From the NCBI GenBank assembly GCA_964565725.1, contig CAZMGA010000005.1, positions 5,347-37,346 on the forward strand: a stretch of DNA of 32,000 bases. The letters are read 5' to 3'. Made by a program: the position numbers and the translations under genes. The stretch is from an uncultured archaeon (GTDB lineage: Archaea; Iainarchaeota; Iainarchaeia; Iainarchaeales; 0-14-0-20-30-16). Within the stretch, counting starts at the first letter, position 1. Each line of letters begins with the position of its first letter. The notes beneath the pieces were generated by a model, which worked only from the letters and a program-made list of their open reading frames with translations, was not told the origin of the DNA and did no database searches. Shown piece by piece: positions 16,249 through 24,406 of the stretch.

Positions 16249-16581
16249 TTAGCTGTAATAGTAAGTATTACTATAATAATATGTTCTAGGAGTTCCAGCT
16301 AAAGGATATAATGTAGTATAAGTAGATGTTATTGGTAAACTATAACCATATGTATTATATGCTACGTATGTAGGTGTATTTAAGTAAATTTGTGGATAGT
16401 ATGTTGTAGGATAAATGTAAGTAGGATAAGAATCATAAACATAGCTATTAGAATAATATGAAGATCCTAAATAACCAGTATAATTTGGTACGTTATATAC
16501 ATAAGTAGTAGCAAAAACAGTACTTATAAAAGTAATTGATGTAATAAAAACTAATAAACTTAATAATATTTTTTTAAACAT
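16249..16581 (-). CDS. Secreted Tyr/Thr/Ser-rich low-complexity protein
   Basis: Signal-peptide-like N-terminus MFKKILLSLLVFITSITFISTVFA. The remaining 86 aa or so contain about 26 Tyr by my count (TYYYSNTYYYS etc.). Strong AAGGAGG SD 7 nt upstream of the ATG, with a TATA-like CCTTTATATATT further upstream. Confidence 0.65.
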   Translation of the reverse strand: MFKKILLSLLVFITSITFISTVFATTYVYNVPNYTGYLGSSYYSNSYVYDSYPTYIYPTTYYPQIYLNTPTYVAYNTYGYSLPITSTYTTLYPLAGTPRTYYYSNTYYYS

Positions 16582-16680
16582 GTCTATTCCTCCTTAACTC
16601 ATAAAGTTAAATAATTATATGTATATTTGATTCAAAGAATATATAAAGGTTTTGTTTATTTTAATAAAATTTAAAAATAG

Positions 16681-16708
16681 AAAAATAAAAAAATCCCAAA
16701 AGGGACTT
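16681..16708 (-). terminator. Short hairpin plus T7 run downstream of the small basic ORF
   Basis: The minus strand reads GUCCC-UUUU-GGGAU followed by UUUUUUUAUUUUU, immediately after the stop at 16716. Confidence 0.4.
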
Positions 16709-16715
16709 TCTTTAT

Positions 16716-16844
16716 TTATTTTGCTCTTTTTCTCATATATCTCTTATAACGAGCATTTTTTCTCATCTTTTTCTTATGCCATTTCCATCTTTGTCTCGAT
16801 CTTGTTTTTTTGAAACGACTAGAATCTTTGTGTCTATGACCCAT
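16716..16844 (-). CDS. rpl41e: 42-aa highly basic protein, ribosomal protein eL41-like C-terminus (not in ORF track)
   Basis: My translation: MGHRHKDSSRFKKTRSRQRWKWHKKKMRKNARYKRYMRKRAK*. The last 22 aa align with eukaryotic eL41 as I remember it ([22 protein letters not shown]), with about 12 identities. GGAAGTGAT SD 3-4 nt upstream of the ATG. Confidence 0.45.
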   Translation of the reverse strand: MGHRHKDSSRFKKTRSRQRWKWHKKKMRKNARYKRYMRKRAK

Positions 16845-16997
16845 TTAATCACTTCCCTACTCCCTAAAGGATGGTACTTGCCATAAAGGCGTTTTTCAAA
16901 AGTTATTCTTTCGAATAACATTCGATGTAAAGTTAAAATTTTATAATAAAATTAAAACAAATACATTCAAATATATCACATATGTGAATTGTTTGAA

Positions 16998-17069
16998 TGC
17001 CCCTGCCGGGAATCGAACCCAGGTCTCAAGCTTGAAAGGCTTAAATGATAACCACTACACTACAGGGAC
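16998..17069 (-). tRNA. tRNA-Glu (anticodon UUC), 72 nt, no intron, CCA not encoded
   Basis: The minus strand reads GTCCCTG-TA-GTGTAGTGGTTATCAT-T-TAAGC-CTTTCAA-GCTTG-AGAC-CTGGG-TTCGATT-CCCGG-CAGGGGC-A. Acceptor stem 7 bp (one G-U), anticodon loop CTTTCAA, T-loop TTCGATT. Confidence 0.92.
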
Positions 17070-17322
17070 ACATATTTTATAAAATGTATAAACTATAAGT
17101 TTAATTATATTATTTAAATATTTATCAAAAGAAACTTGTATTACCTAATGTAATACTATATTATCTTAAGAATACGAGTTTTAACTTAAAGTTATTATAA
17201 TATTTGATGTGAAGTATTTATATATATTACGTTTAATTTTTAAATAGAATTGCCCTAATTTATATAATTTTTAATATGGTTATATTATTATTAATATTAA
17301 TATATACGTTTTAAGTGATATT

Positions 17323-17928
17323 ATGCAAGATTTTCAAAATATTATACTATTTGATATGGACAATACTTTATGTGATTATGATAAAGCTTTGACTTTGAAT
17401 TATAATGCAATTAAAAGTCCAGAAGATCCAGAATATGTGTCATATAGTCCAAAAATATTAAAAAGTAAATATTTAAGTTTAAGAATTGATTTAATTCGAA
17501 ATCAAAAAAATTGGTGGATTAATTTAGAAAAATACAAACCTGGGTTTGATATTTTAAATTTAGCAAAAGAATTAGGGTTTGCTATACATATTTTAACTAA
17601 AAGCCCTAAAACAGTTATTAATTCATGGTCTGAAAAAGTTGAATGGTGTGAAAAAAATCTAAAAGATTATGATGTTAAAATAACTATTTCTGATGATAAA
17701 AGTTTAGTGTATGGTAAAGTGTTAGTTGATGATTATCCTCCATATATTCAAAATTGGTTAAACAAAAGACCAAGAAGTTTAGTAATAATGCCATTACAAT
17801 CTTGGAATAAAGATTTTGAACATGATCGAGTTATAAAATATGATGGTAATAATTTAGAAGAAGTTAAACAAACATTAATAATTGCAAAAGATAGGGAGTA
17901 TAAAGAACAAGTAAATTATAAAAAGTGA
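17323..17928 (+). CDS. HAD-superfamily phosphatase, 5'(3')-deoxyribonucleotidase-like
   Basis: Motif I ILFDMDNTLCDY (DxDxT). Motif IV-like VLVDDYPPYIQNW. The about 200 aa size fits the NT5C-type family. Confidence 0.5.
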   Translation: MQDFQNIILFDMDNTLCDYDKALTLNYNAIKSPEDPEYVSYSPKILKSKYLSLRIDLIRNQKNWWINLEKYKPGFDILNLAKELGFAIHILTKSPKTVINSWSEKVEWCEKNLKDYDVKITISDDKSLVYGKVLVDDYPPYIQNWLNKRPRSLVIMPLQSWNKDFEHDRVIKYDGNNLEEVKQTLIIAKDREYKEQVNYKK

Positions 17929-17932
17929 TTAT

Positions 17933-18775
17933 ATGCCTGTTAAAGAACAATTACATTTTTTAAATTTATTAAAAAAAAGACAAACGCAACGAAAAGAAAT
18001 ATCTAATGAAGTTTTTGATTCTTTAGCTGAAAGACAAAAAAGAATGCCTAAAAATATAGGTAGGACATCAAAAGAATTATTACTAATATTAGATAGTTTA
18101 GGTATAAATTCTCCAATTGAAAAAAAATATGTTTTGCAAGGTTTAAGAAAAGCAAGAATAATGTTTGGAAATAAATTAACTGATCCTGCTTACTTTAAAG
18201 ATACTATTGAACATTTAAGAGCAGAATTTGAATTATTAAAAACACAAAAAAATTTAGCAGTAGTTTTAAGGTTAGGAATATCTCCATTTCAGATTTTAGA
18301 TATAAATCATGAAATTAGTGCTTTACCTAAAGAATATTCTGATTTAAGTAATACTATTCGTGGTTTAGTTTTACGTAAAGTTTATCCTAATGTATCTGCT
18401 TTGATAATTCCAATGCAAAAAATAAGTTCTTTTTTAAAAGGGTTATCATTATCTCGAGGTTTGAAAATAAAAATTATTCAATATACTTTTAACTTAAAAA
18501 ATAAAAAAAATACATTTGAAGAAGCATTTGATAAAGCGTTAAAATATTTTACTTTGCCTTTGAAATTTTTAAGTTTAGATGCGAGAACAAATAAAGGTGA
18601 TGATAAAAGCTATCATGAAAAAATAGGTACTAATGAAAATAATCCTTTAAAGTTATTATCTGAAAAAGATAACCAAATACTTTTAGAAAAATTAAGTGTT
18701 TTTTTGGGTGAAAGATACAATGAATTAATATCACATTTAGAAGAACATGATACTTTGCCTAATTGGGCAATATAG
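17933..18775 (+). CDS. Hypothetical protein
   Basis: 280-aa ORF starting 4 nt after the HAD gene stop. No motif recognised. Confidence 0.45.
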   Translation: MPVKEQLHFLNLLKKRQTQRKEISNEVFDSLAERQKRMPKNIGRTSKELLLILDSLGINSPIEKKYVLQGLRKARIMFGNKLTDPAYFKDTIEHLRAEFELLKTQKNLAVVLRLGISPFQILDINHEISALPKEYSDLSNTIRGLVLRKVYPNVSALIIPMQKISSFLKGLSLSRGLKIKIIQYTFNLKNKKNTFEEAFDKALKYFTLPLKFLSLDARTNKGDDKSYHEKIGTNENNPLKLLSEKDNQILLEKLSVFLGERYNELISHLEEHDTLPNWAI

Positions 18776-18896
18776 GAAATTGAAAAATTTAAAAGATCAA
18801 TTAAAAATTAATATTAGGTGGTTTTATGTTCAGTTGTAAATTTAATTCAAAAGAAAATAAATTATACAACAGTTCACAAAAAAAGGAGTGATTTTT

Positions 18897-20525
18897 ATGT
18901 TAAGTGAAAATTCAAAACAAATTATTGAAAATATTGTAATTAAGTATAGACAAAATTTTAAACAAGAGCAAGATGCAAAAAAAATATTTTCTGTAGCTAT
19001 GGGCTCAGAAGCAAAACAAGAAATAATTAAAGATATAAAAGCTTCTCAAAATGAAATAGAAAATATAGTCAAAAATATTAATTCCTGGTCTGAGTCTAAA
19101 ATAGAAAATGAATTTATTGCTCGAAATTTAGAAGAAAAAAAAGAAAAAGTAAAAAAAACTTTAGTGTTTCCTAAAATGGAAAATATAATTGAAAATAAAG
19201 TAAAAACAACATATCCACCAGAACCTTCTAAGTATCCTCATATAGGACACGCATATGCTTGTGTGATAAATTATAGATTTGCAAAAGAACATAATGGTAA
19301 GTTTGTAATTAGATTTGAAGATACAAATCCTAAATTAGCAAAAAAAGAATATTATGATATTCAATTACAAGGTTATAACTGGTTAGGAATAACTCTTGAT
19401 GAAATAATTTATGCGTCTGATTATATGGATTTATTATATAAAAAAGCAGAAGAATTAATTAATAAAGAAAAAGCATATGTTTGTTTATGTAATTCAGATG
19501 ATGTTAGAAATAAAAGACAAAAAAAAGAATCATGTACTTGTTCTAATAATACAAAAGACAAAAATTTAGAATTATGGAATAAATTATTAAACAAAGAATT
19601 TAAAGAAGGAGAAGCATCTTTAAGATTAGTTGGAAATATGTCTAGTCCACAAGCTGAGTTTCGTGATCCAATACTATTAAGAATTTCTTATTTGGAACAT
19701 GCTCGTACTAAAAATAAATATCACTTATGGCCATCATATATTTTTCAAAACACTATTTTAGATTGTGAATTTGGTATAACACATAGATTTAGAAGTAAAG
19801 AATTTGAAGTTTGGAAACCTGTGCAAAAATATTTAGCAAAATTATTAAATTATAATTATCCTGAAGTATTTGAATTTGCAAGAGTTAATTTAGTTAATGG
19901 TATAGCATCAGGTAGAAAGTTAAGAGAAACAATTGAACAAGGAAATATGAATTGGGATGACCCTAGCTTAACTACTTTAGTTGCATTAAAGAAAAGAGGA
20001 TTTTTACCAGAATCAATAATTGAATTTATTGATAAAATGGGTATATCAAAAACAGAAAGTACAATAGAATGGAGTGTTTTAGATTCTATAAATAGAAAAT
20101 TATTGGCACAAAAAAATATTGTAAAAATAGCATCTTTTTATAATCCTATAAAAGTAAAGTTAATTGATGAAAACAAAATTTTAGATAAAGATTTAAAAGA
20201 AGTTTTTATAGATTCAAAAACAGAATTAAATAAAGAATTTAAATTAAGAAATATAGGAAATGTTGTTTTTAATGGAGAATTATTAAATGTTGTAGGCAAT
20301 GAACAAAAAAAAGGTTTGAATATGTTGCCTTTTGCTTTAGATGTAGAAGAAATAAAAGTAATAATGCCTTATGATTTAAAAGATCCTGATAGAGAAAAAG
20401 TTTTGTATATCGATTCCAAAGCATATTTTAATTTAAAGGAAAATGATGTAGTTATATTAGAAGGATTTTCATACTGTAGATTAGATAATAAAGATAAAAA
20501 TATTTTTATTTTTAGTCATGAGTGA
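18897..20525 (+). CDS. gltX: Glutamyl-tRNA synthetase, archaeal/eukaryotic type
   Basis: PPEPSKYPHIGHAYACVINYRFAKEHNGKFVIRFEDTNP (HIGH region). WDDPSLTTLVALKKRGFLPESIIEFI is typical of archaeal GluRS. The track starts at GTG 18888. ATG 18897 is preceded by GGAGTGAT plus 5 nt. Confidence 0.9.
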   Translation: MLSENSKQIIENIVIKYRQNFKQEQDAKKIFSVAMGSEAKQEIIKDIKASQNEIENIVKNINSWSESKIENEFIARNLEEKKEKVKKTLVFPKMENIIENKVKTTYPPEPSKYPHIGHAYACVINYRFAKEHNGKFVIRFEDTNPKLAKKEYYDIQLQGYNWLGITLDEIIYASDYMDLLYKKAEELINKEKAYVCLCNSDDVRNKRQKKESCTCSNNTKDKNLELWNKLLNKEFKEGEASLRLVGNMSSPQAEFRDPILLRISYLEHARTKNKYHLWPSYIFQNTILDCEFGITHRFRSKEFEVWKPVQKYLAKLLNYNYPEVFEFARVNLVNGIASGRKLRETIEQGNMNWDDPSLTTLVALKKRGFLPESIIEFIDKMGISKTESTIEWSVLDSINRKLLAQKNIVKIASFYNPIKVKLIDENKILDKDLKEVFIDSKTELNKEFKLRNIGNVVFNGELLNVVGNEQKKGLNMLPFALDVEEIKVIMPYDLKDPDREKVLYIDSKAYFNLKENDVVILEGFSYCRLDNKDKNIFIFSHE

Positions 20526-21105
20526 TTTGATGTATTCAGGATCAATTTTTTATTTAGTACATTTTCCAGTTGGTTTTTTTAGTATTTCTGATGAAAATAA
20601 TAGATATTCAGCAAAAAATTATAGTGCACATATAAAAAAAATTTTAAGATTAATAAAATTTTCTCAACAAAAAGGTATACCAATAGTTTTAGAAATTGCT
20701 AATGGTAAAGTAGGTGAATTTCAATTGGAATTATTACAAAGATTTTGTGAAAAATATAATTTGAATGATAATATTTTTAAAAGAATTAATGAATTTGATG
20801 TAGTATCTAATAATTTTAAAAAAGCTTTTGAAGAAATAAGAATAATTCCTGAAAAAGTTTTTGTTGCGGGTTGGACAAAAGAAAGGTGTGTTTTAAGATC
20901 TCTTTTAGGATTAAGAAAATATAGTTCAAATTTAGATTTGACATTATTAAAAGGTAATTTTACGTTGGCGTCTAAAAATTTTAAAGGTTATTCTTCTTTA
21001 GAAAAAAATTATTTAAAAAGATTTTTGAGAGAACAAAATGTTAAAAAATCTGTTCTTGCTAAAAAAATAACTTTAAAAAAACCTTTAAGGCACAATCCTA
21101 TGTAA
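20518..21105 (+). CDS. Hypothetical protein, possibly a degenerate isochorismatase/cysteine-hydrolase fold
   Basis: IFYLVHFPVGFF...IKKILRLIKFSQQKGIPIV...KVFVAGWTKERCVLRSL loosely follows the isochorismatase-family pattern (xxDMQNDF...G.PV...GxxTxxCV). The usual Asp is not obvious. ATGAGTGA overlap with the gltX stop. Confidence 0.3.
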   Translation: MSDLMYSGSIFYLVHFPVGFFSISDENNRYSAKNYSAHIKKILRLIKFSQQKGIPIVLEIANGKVGEFQLELLQRFCEKYNLNDNIFKRINEFDVVSNNFKKAFEEIRIIPEKVFVAGWTKERCVLRSLLGLRKYSSNLDLTLLKGNFTLASKNFKGYSSLEKNYLKRFLREQNVKKSVLAKKITLKKPLRHNPM

Positions 21106-21124
21106 TAATATTAAAATTTTTTAA

Positions 21125-22027
21125 TTATAATATTTTTTTTCTTTTTAAAATCAATACAAAGATTGTTATTAATATTACTGTGAGAATTAATACAAAAATA
21201 TATGTAAAAGGATTATTTTGTAAAGGTAAATAAACATTCATGCCGTAAAATCCTGATATTGCAGTAGGTATACTAATAAATATAGTAAATATTGTTAATA
21301 TGGTAATTGTTTTATTTAATCTATTTGATAATAACAAATTTTGATAATTTCTTAAATTTGAAATTGTTTTTAATGAATTAGTACAAATATTCAAAGCTTC
21401 TTCTAAATCTATAATTAAATCATCAATTAAATCTTGATCTTTATCATAAAATTTAATTTTTTTAATAAGTTTATTATATAAATGTAAAGTGTAAGTATAA
21501 GTAGATACTAATGAGTTTAAAATTTCTTCATTTTCTAATAATGATTCTATATCTTTATCTTTAAGATTTTTTGTACTAACTTTTTTATTATTTAAATTTT
21601 TCATAATTTTTGCAACTAAATTTTCAAAATGAGAATTATTTAAATTTAATAATTCTAATATGGCTTTCTTTTTTTGAGTTGTAATAAAATTTTTCTTTTT
21701 TAATATTTCTGTAATAAGTTTATTATTTTCTTTTGAAAATGTTAAAATAAATGTATCTGTTAATGCAATTAGTAAAGTTATATTCTCATTATTATTGTTT
21801 AATGTTTTAATATAAATATAATCTATGTTATTTTCAAAATCATGTCTAGGTAATTCATTTTCATCTAAACCCTCTTCTAGTAATTCATAGTTTAAATTAA
21901 ATTCTTTAGATAAATATTTTAGTTCATTAACATTAGGATTTATGATATTAATCCAACAACCTTTTTCAAATTTAGATAAAGTTTTTAATTCATTATCTTT
22001 AATTCTTTGTAAATAATACTCTATCAT
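21125..22027 (-). CDS. corA: CorA-family Mg2+/Co2+ transporter
   Basis: GFYGMNV (GMN motif) sits between the two C-terminal TM helices. 300 aa with a typical soluble N-terminal domain. Confidence 0.85.
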   Translation of the reverse strand: MIEYYLQRIKDNELKTLSKFEKGCWINIINPNVNELKYLSKEFNLNYELLEEGLDENELPRHDFENNIDYIYIKTLNNNNENITLLIALTDTFILTFSKENNKLITEILKKKNFITTQKKKAILELLNLNNSHFENLVAKIMKNLNNKKVSTKNLKDKDIESLLENEEILNSLVSTYTYTLHLYNKLIKKIKFYDKDQDLIDDLIIDLEEALNICTNSLKTISNLRNYQNLLLSNRLNKTITILTIFTIFISIPTAISGFYGMNVYLPLQNNPFTYIFVLILTVILITIFVLILKRKKIL

Positions 22028-22082
22028 AAAAAACCCTTAGAAAATTAGATTTTATATAACAAGATATAAAATATTTATATGT

Positions 22083-22967
22083 TTATCTTTTTTTTGTTTG
22101 TTTTCTTACTACGTCTTCAAAAAAAGATTTTGGATTTGAATAATTTTTTTCTAACAAATCTAAATATTTTGCACCAAATTTTTTAAATAATCGTGCTAAT
22201 TGTAAAAGATGTTTTGGGAGCCAAGCTCCATTAGGGTCTAAAATAACGTTTTTGATATTTTCTGAAATATTATATGTTTCTAAATGTTCTCTAACATAAT
22301 CGTAAATTGTTTTTTCACGATAATTTATTCTATCTATTTTTTCTTCTACTCTTGCTCTACCAATTGCTTTTTTTATTTTATTTATTAAATTTAAAACACT
22401 ATTAATAGTTATTAAATTATCATTTTTTAAGAAATTTTTAATTTCATTAATTACTAAATTTTTTCCAAATTCATTTAATGATTCAAAATATTTTTTAAAA
22501 TCAATTATTGCACTATGATTTCCTAATATTCGTTCCATTTTGCCAATAAAATGTGTAAATTGACTATTAAAATCATTTGTTTTTAATAAATCTGATAACA
22601 TAGTTATTTTTAGTGAATGATTATTAAAATATAATTTCCACAATTTAACGTTAAAATTAAACCCATGTTTATTTATTAAACTTAATAATGTTTTTTCAAC
22701 GAATTTTATAACGGGGTCATTAGGATCAATTTTATTTTGTGAAAATAAATCTAGTAATTCTTTTAGATTATTTACTTTTTTATTAGAAATTTCAAAATAA
22801 ACTTTTAATTCTTCTGGTTTTGGTCCACCATTAGAATATAACTCTTTTAAATTATCTCTTAATGTTCTTGCTCTTTGAGGAATATTTTCATATTTTCTAA
22901 ATGGATTGTTTGTTATTCTTCTAACTTTTTTTGTAATAGTTCTTTTTAATTTATTCATAATTATCAT
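22083..22967 (-). CDS. Hypothetical protein, translationally coupled to serS
   Basis: 294-aa ORF whose ATG overlaps the serS TAA by 1 nt (TAATG); an alternative ATG lies 9 nt downstream. Basic N-terminus. No motif recognised. Confidence 0.45.
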   Translation of the reverse strand: MIIMNKLKRTITKKVRRITNNPFRKYENIPQRARTLRDNLKELYSNGGPKPEELKVYFEISNKKVNNLKELLDLFSQNKIDPNDPVIKFVEKTLLSLINKHGFNFNVKLWKLYFNNHSLKITMLSDLLKTNDFNSQFTHFIGKMERILGNHSAIIDFKKYFESLNEFGKNLVINEIKNFLKNDNLITINSVLNLINKIKKAIGRARVEEKIDRINYREKTIYDYVREHLETYNISENIKNVILDPNGAWLPKHLLQLARLFKKFGAKYLDLLEKNYSNPKSFFEDVVRKQTKKR

Positions 22968-24289
22968 TATATTTCTTTGAATCCAGTATAATTTTGTAAT
23001 ACTTTTGGTATTTGAATTTTTCCATTTACATCTTGAAAGTTTTCAATTATTGCTGTTAATATTCTTGGACTTGCTACAGCAGTACAATTTAAAGAATGTA
23101 AAATTTTTTTCTCGCCTTTTTCTTCATATTTTATATTTAAACTACGTGTTTGATAGTCTGTAGTAATTGATCCTGAATTTAATTCTCTAAAAGTGCCTTG
23201 AACAGGCATCCAAGCTTCTAAATCTATTTTTTTTGCAGCTGTGTTATTTAAATCACCAGAACAAATATTTATTAGTCTATATGGGATTTCTAGTTCTTTT
23301 ATAATCTCTTCAGCATTTTCAATCATATCATTATGAATTTTTTCAGAATCTTCTGCTAAGCAAAATATATATTGTTCTACTTTATCAAATTGATGAACTC
23401 TAAATATTCCTCTAGTATCTTTTGATCTACTACCAGCTTCTTTTCTAAAACAACTAGATATGCCTACATATTTTAAAGGCAATTTATCTTTAGGAATTAT
23501 TTCATCCATATGATATGAAGCTAAAGTTTGTTCTGCTGTTGCAATTAAAAATTCATCTTCAGTTGTTTTATACAAAGTTTCTTCAAAATCATTAAGTTCT
23601 GCTGCTTTTTCCATTGTTTCTTTATTAATCATAAAAGGAGTATACAAAAAATTGTATCCTTTTTTAATTAGTTTATCTATTGCAAATCTTAATAAAGATA
23701 AATGTAAAATTGCAAATTTATTTTTTAAATAATATTGTCTTGCTCCTGAAACTTTTGTAGCTCTTTCTAAATCAAACAAATCTTTTTCTATACCTAAATC
23801 AACATGACTTTTGGGTTCATAATCTAATATTTCATAATCCATTTTGTTATTAGATAATTTTTTTAAATTATCTAAATGTTGTTTTTGTACTTTGGCTTTT
23901 CCAAAGGTTTTTATTACTACATTTTCTTCTTCACTTAAACCAAAAGGGACATCATGCCATAATATATTACCTACTTTTTTTATTTCTAAATCTCTTTTTT
24001 CCAAATATTCTTTTTCTTTTATTTCTAAATCTTTAATTTCTTCATCTATAGTAATGCTTTTCATTTTTAATTCTTCAATAGATTCTTTATTTATAGCTTT
24101 TATTCCTATTTCTTTAGATATCTTGTTTTTTTCTGCTCTTTTTGTTTCTTTATTTAATTTTGATTCTCTCCATAATTCATCATACTTTTTAACATTTTCT
24201 GCGAACTCTAAATTATGGTTTCTTTTCTTTTCACTTTCTAAAATTTTATTAAAATCGTTATCATTTCTAAATAAATTAATATCTAACAC
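22967..24289 (-). CDS. serS: Seryl-tRNA synthetase (bacterial-like type)
   Basis: MLDINLFRN..., an N-terminal coiled-coil arm and class II core motifs (FRKEAGS..., RVHQFDKVE, GSITTD...). GTG start preceded by AGGTGAT plus 3 nt. Confidence 0.9.
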   Translation of the reverse strand: MLDINLFRNDNDFNKILESEKKRNHNLEFAENVKKYDELWRESKLNKETKRAEKNKISKEIGIKAINKESIEELKMKSITIDEEIKDLEIKEKEYLEKRDLEIKKVGNILWHDVPFGLSEEENVVIKTFGKAKVQKQHLDNLKKLSNNKMDYEILDYEPKSHVDLGIEKDLFDLERATKVSGARQYYLKNKFAILHLSLLRFAIDKLIKKGYNFLYTPFMINKETMEKAAELNDFEETLYKTTEDEFLIATAEQTLASYHMDEIIPKDKLPLKYVGISSCFRKEAGSRSKDTRGIFRVHQFDKVEQYIFCLAEDSEKIHNDMIENAEEIIKELEIPYRLINICSGDLNNTAAKKIDLEAWMPVQGTFRELNSGSITTDYQTRSLNIKYEEKGEKKILHSLNCTAVASPRILTAIIENFQDVNGKIQIPKVLQNYTGFKEI

Positions 24290-24406
24290 AATATCACCTA
24301 TTAAATATAATACTATAGTTTATTTTAAAATAATATCTTAAAATAAAGTAAAATATATAAATAATTAGGACTATTACTATGTATTTTGTAATCCTGAGGT
24401 GATTAA

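Noticed and set aside
18897-19220. About 100-aa N-terminal region preceding the HIGH motif of GluRS, considered as a possible novel appended domain
   Set aside because: Archaeal GluRSs, as I recall for methanogen enzymes of about 550 aa, normally carry a comparable N-terminal segment. The total length of 542-545 aa is ordinary.
16998-20525. Proximity of tRNA-Glu to gltX, considered as a functional unit
   Set aside because: They lie on opposite strands and are separated by two unrelated genes and a 253-bp spacer. This is most likely coincidence in a small genome.
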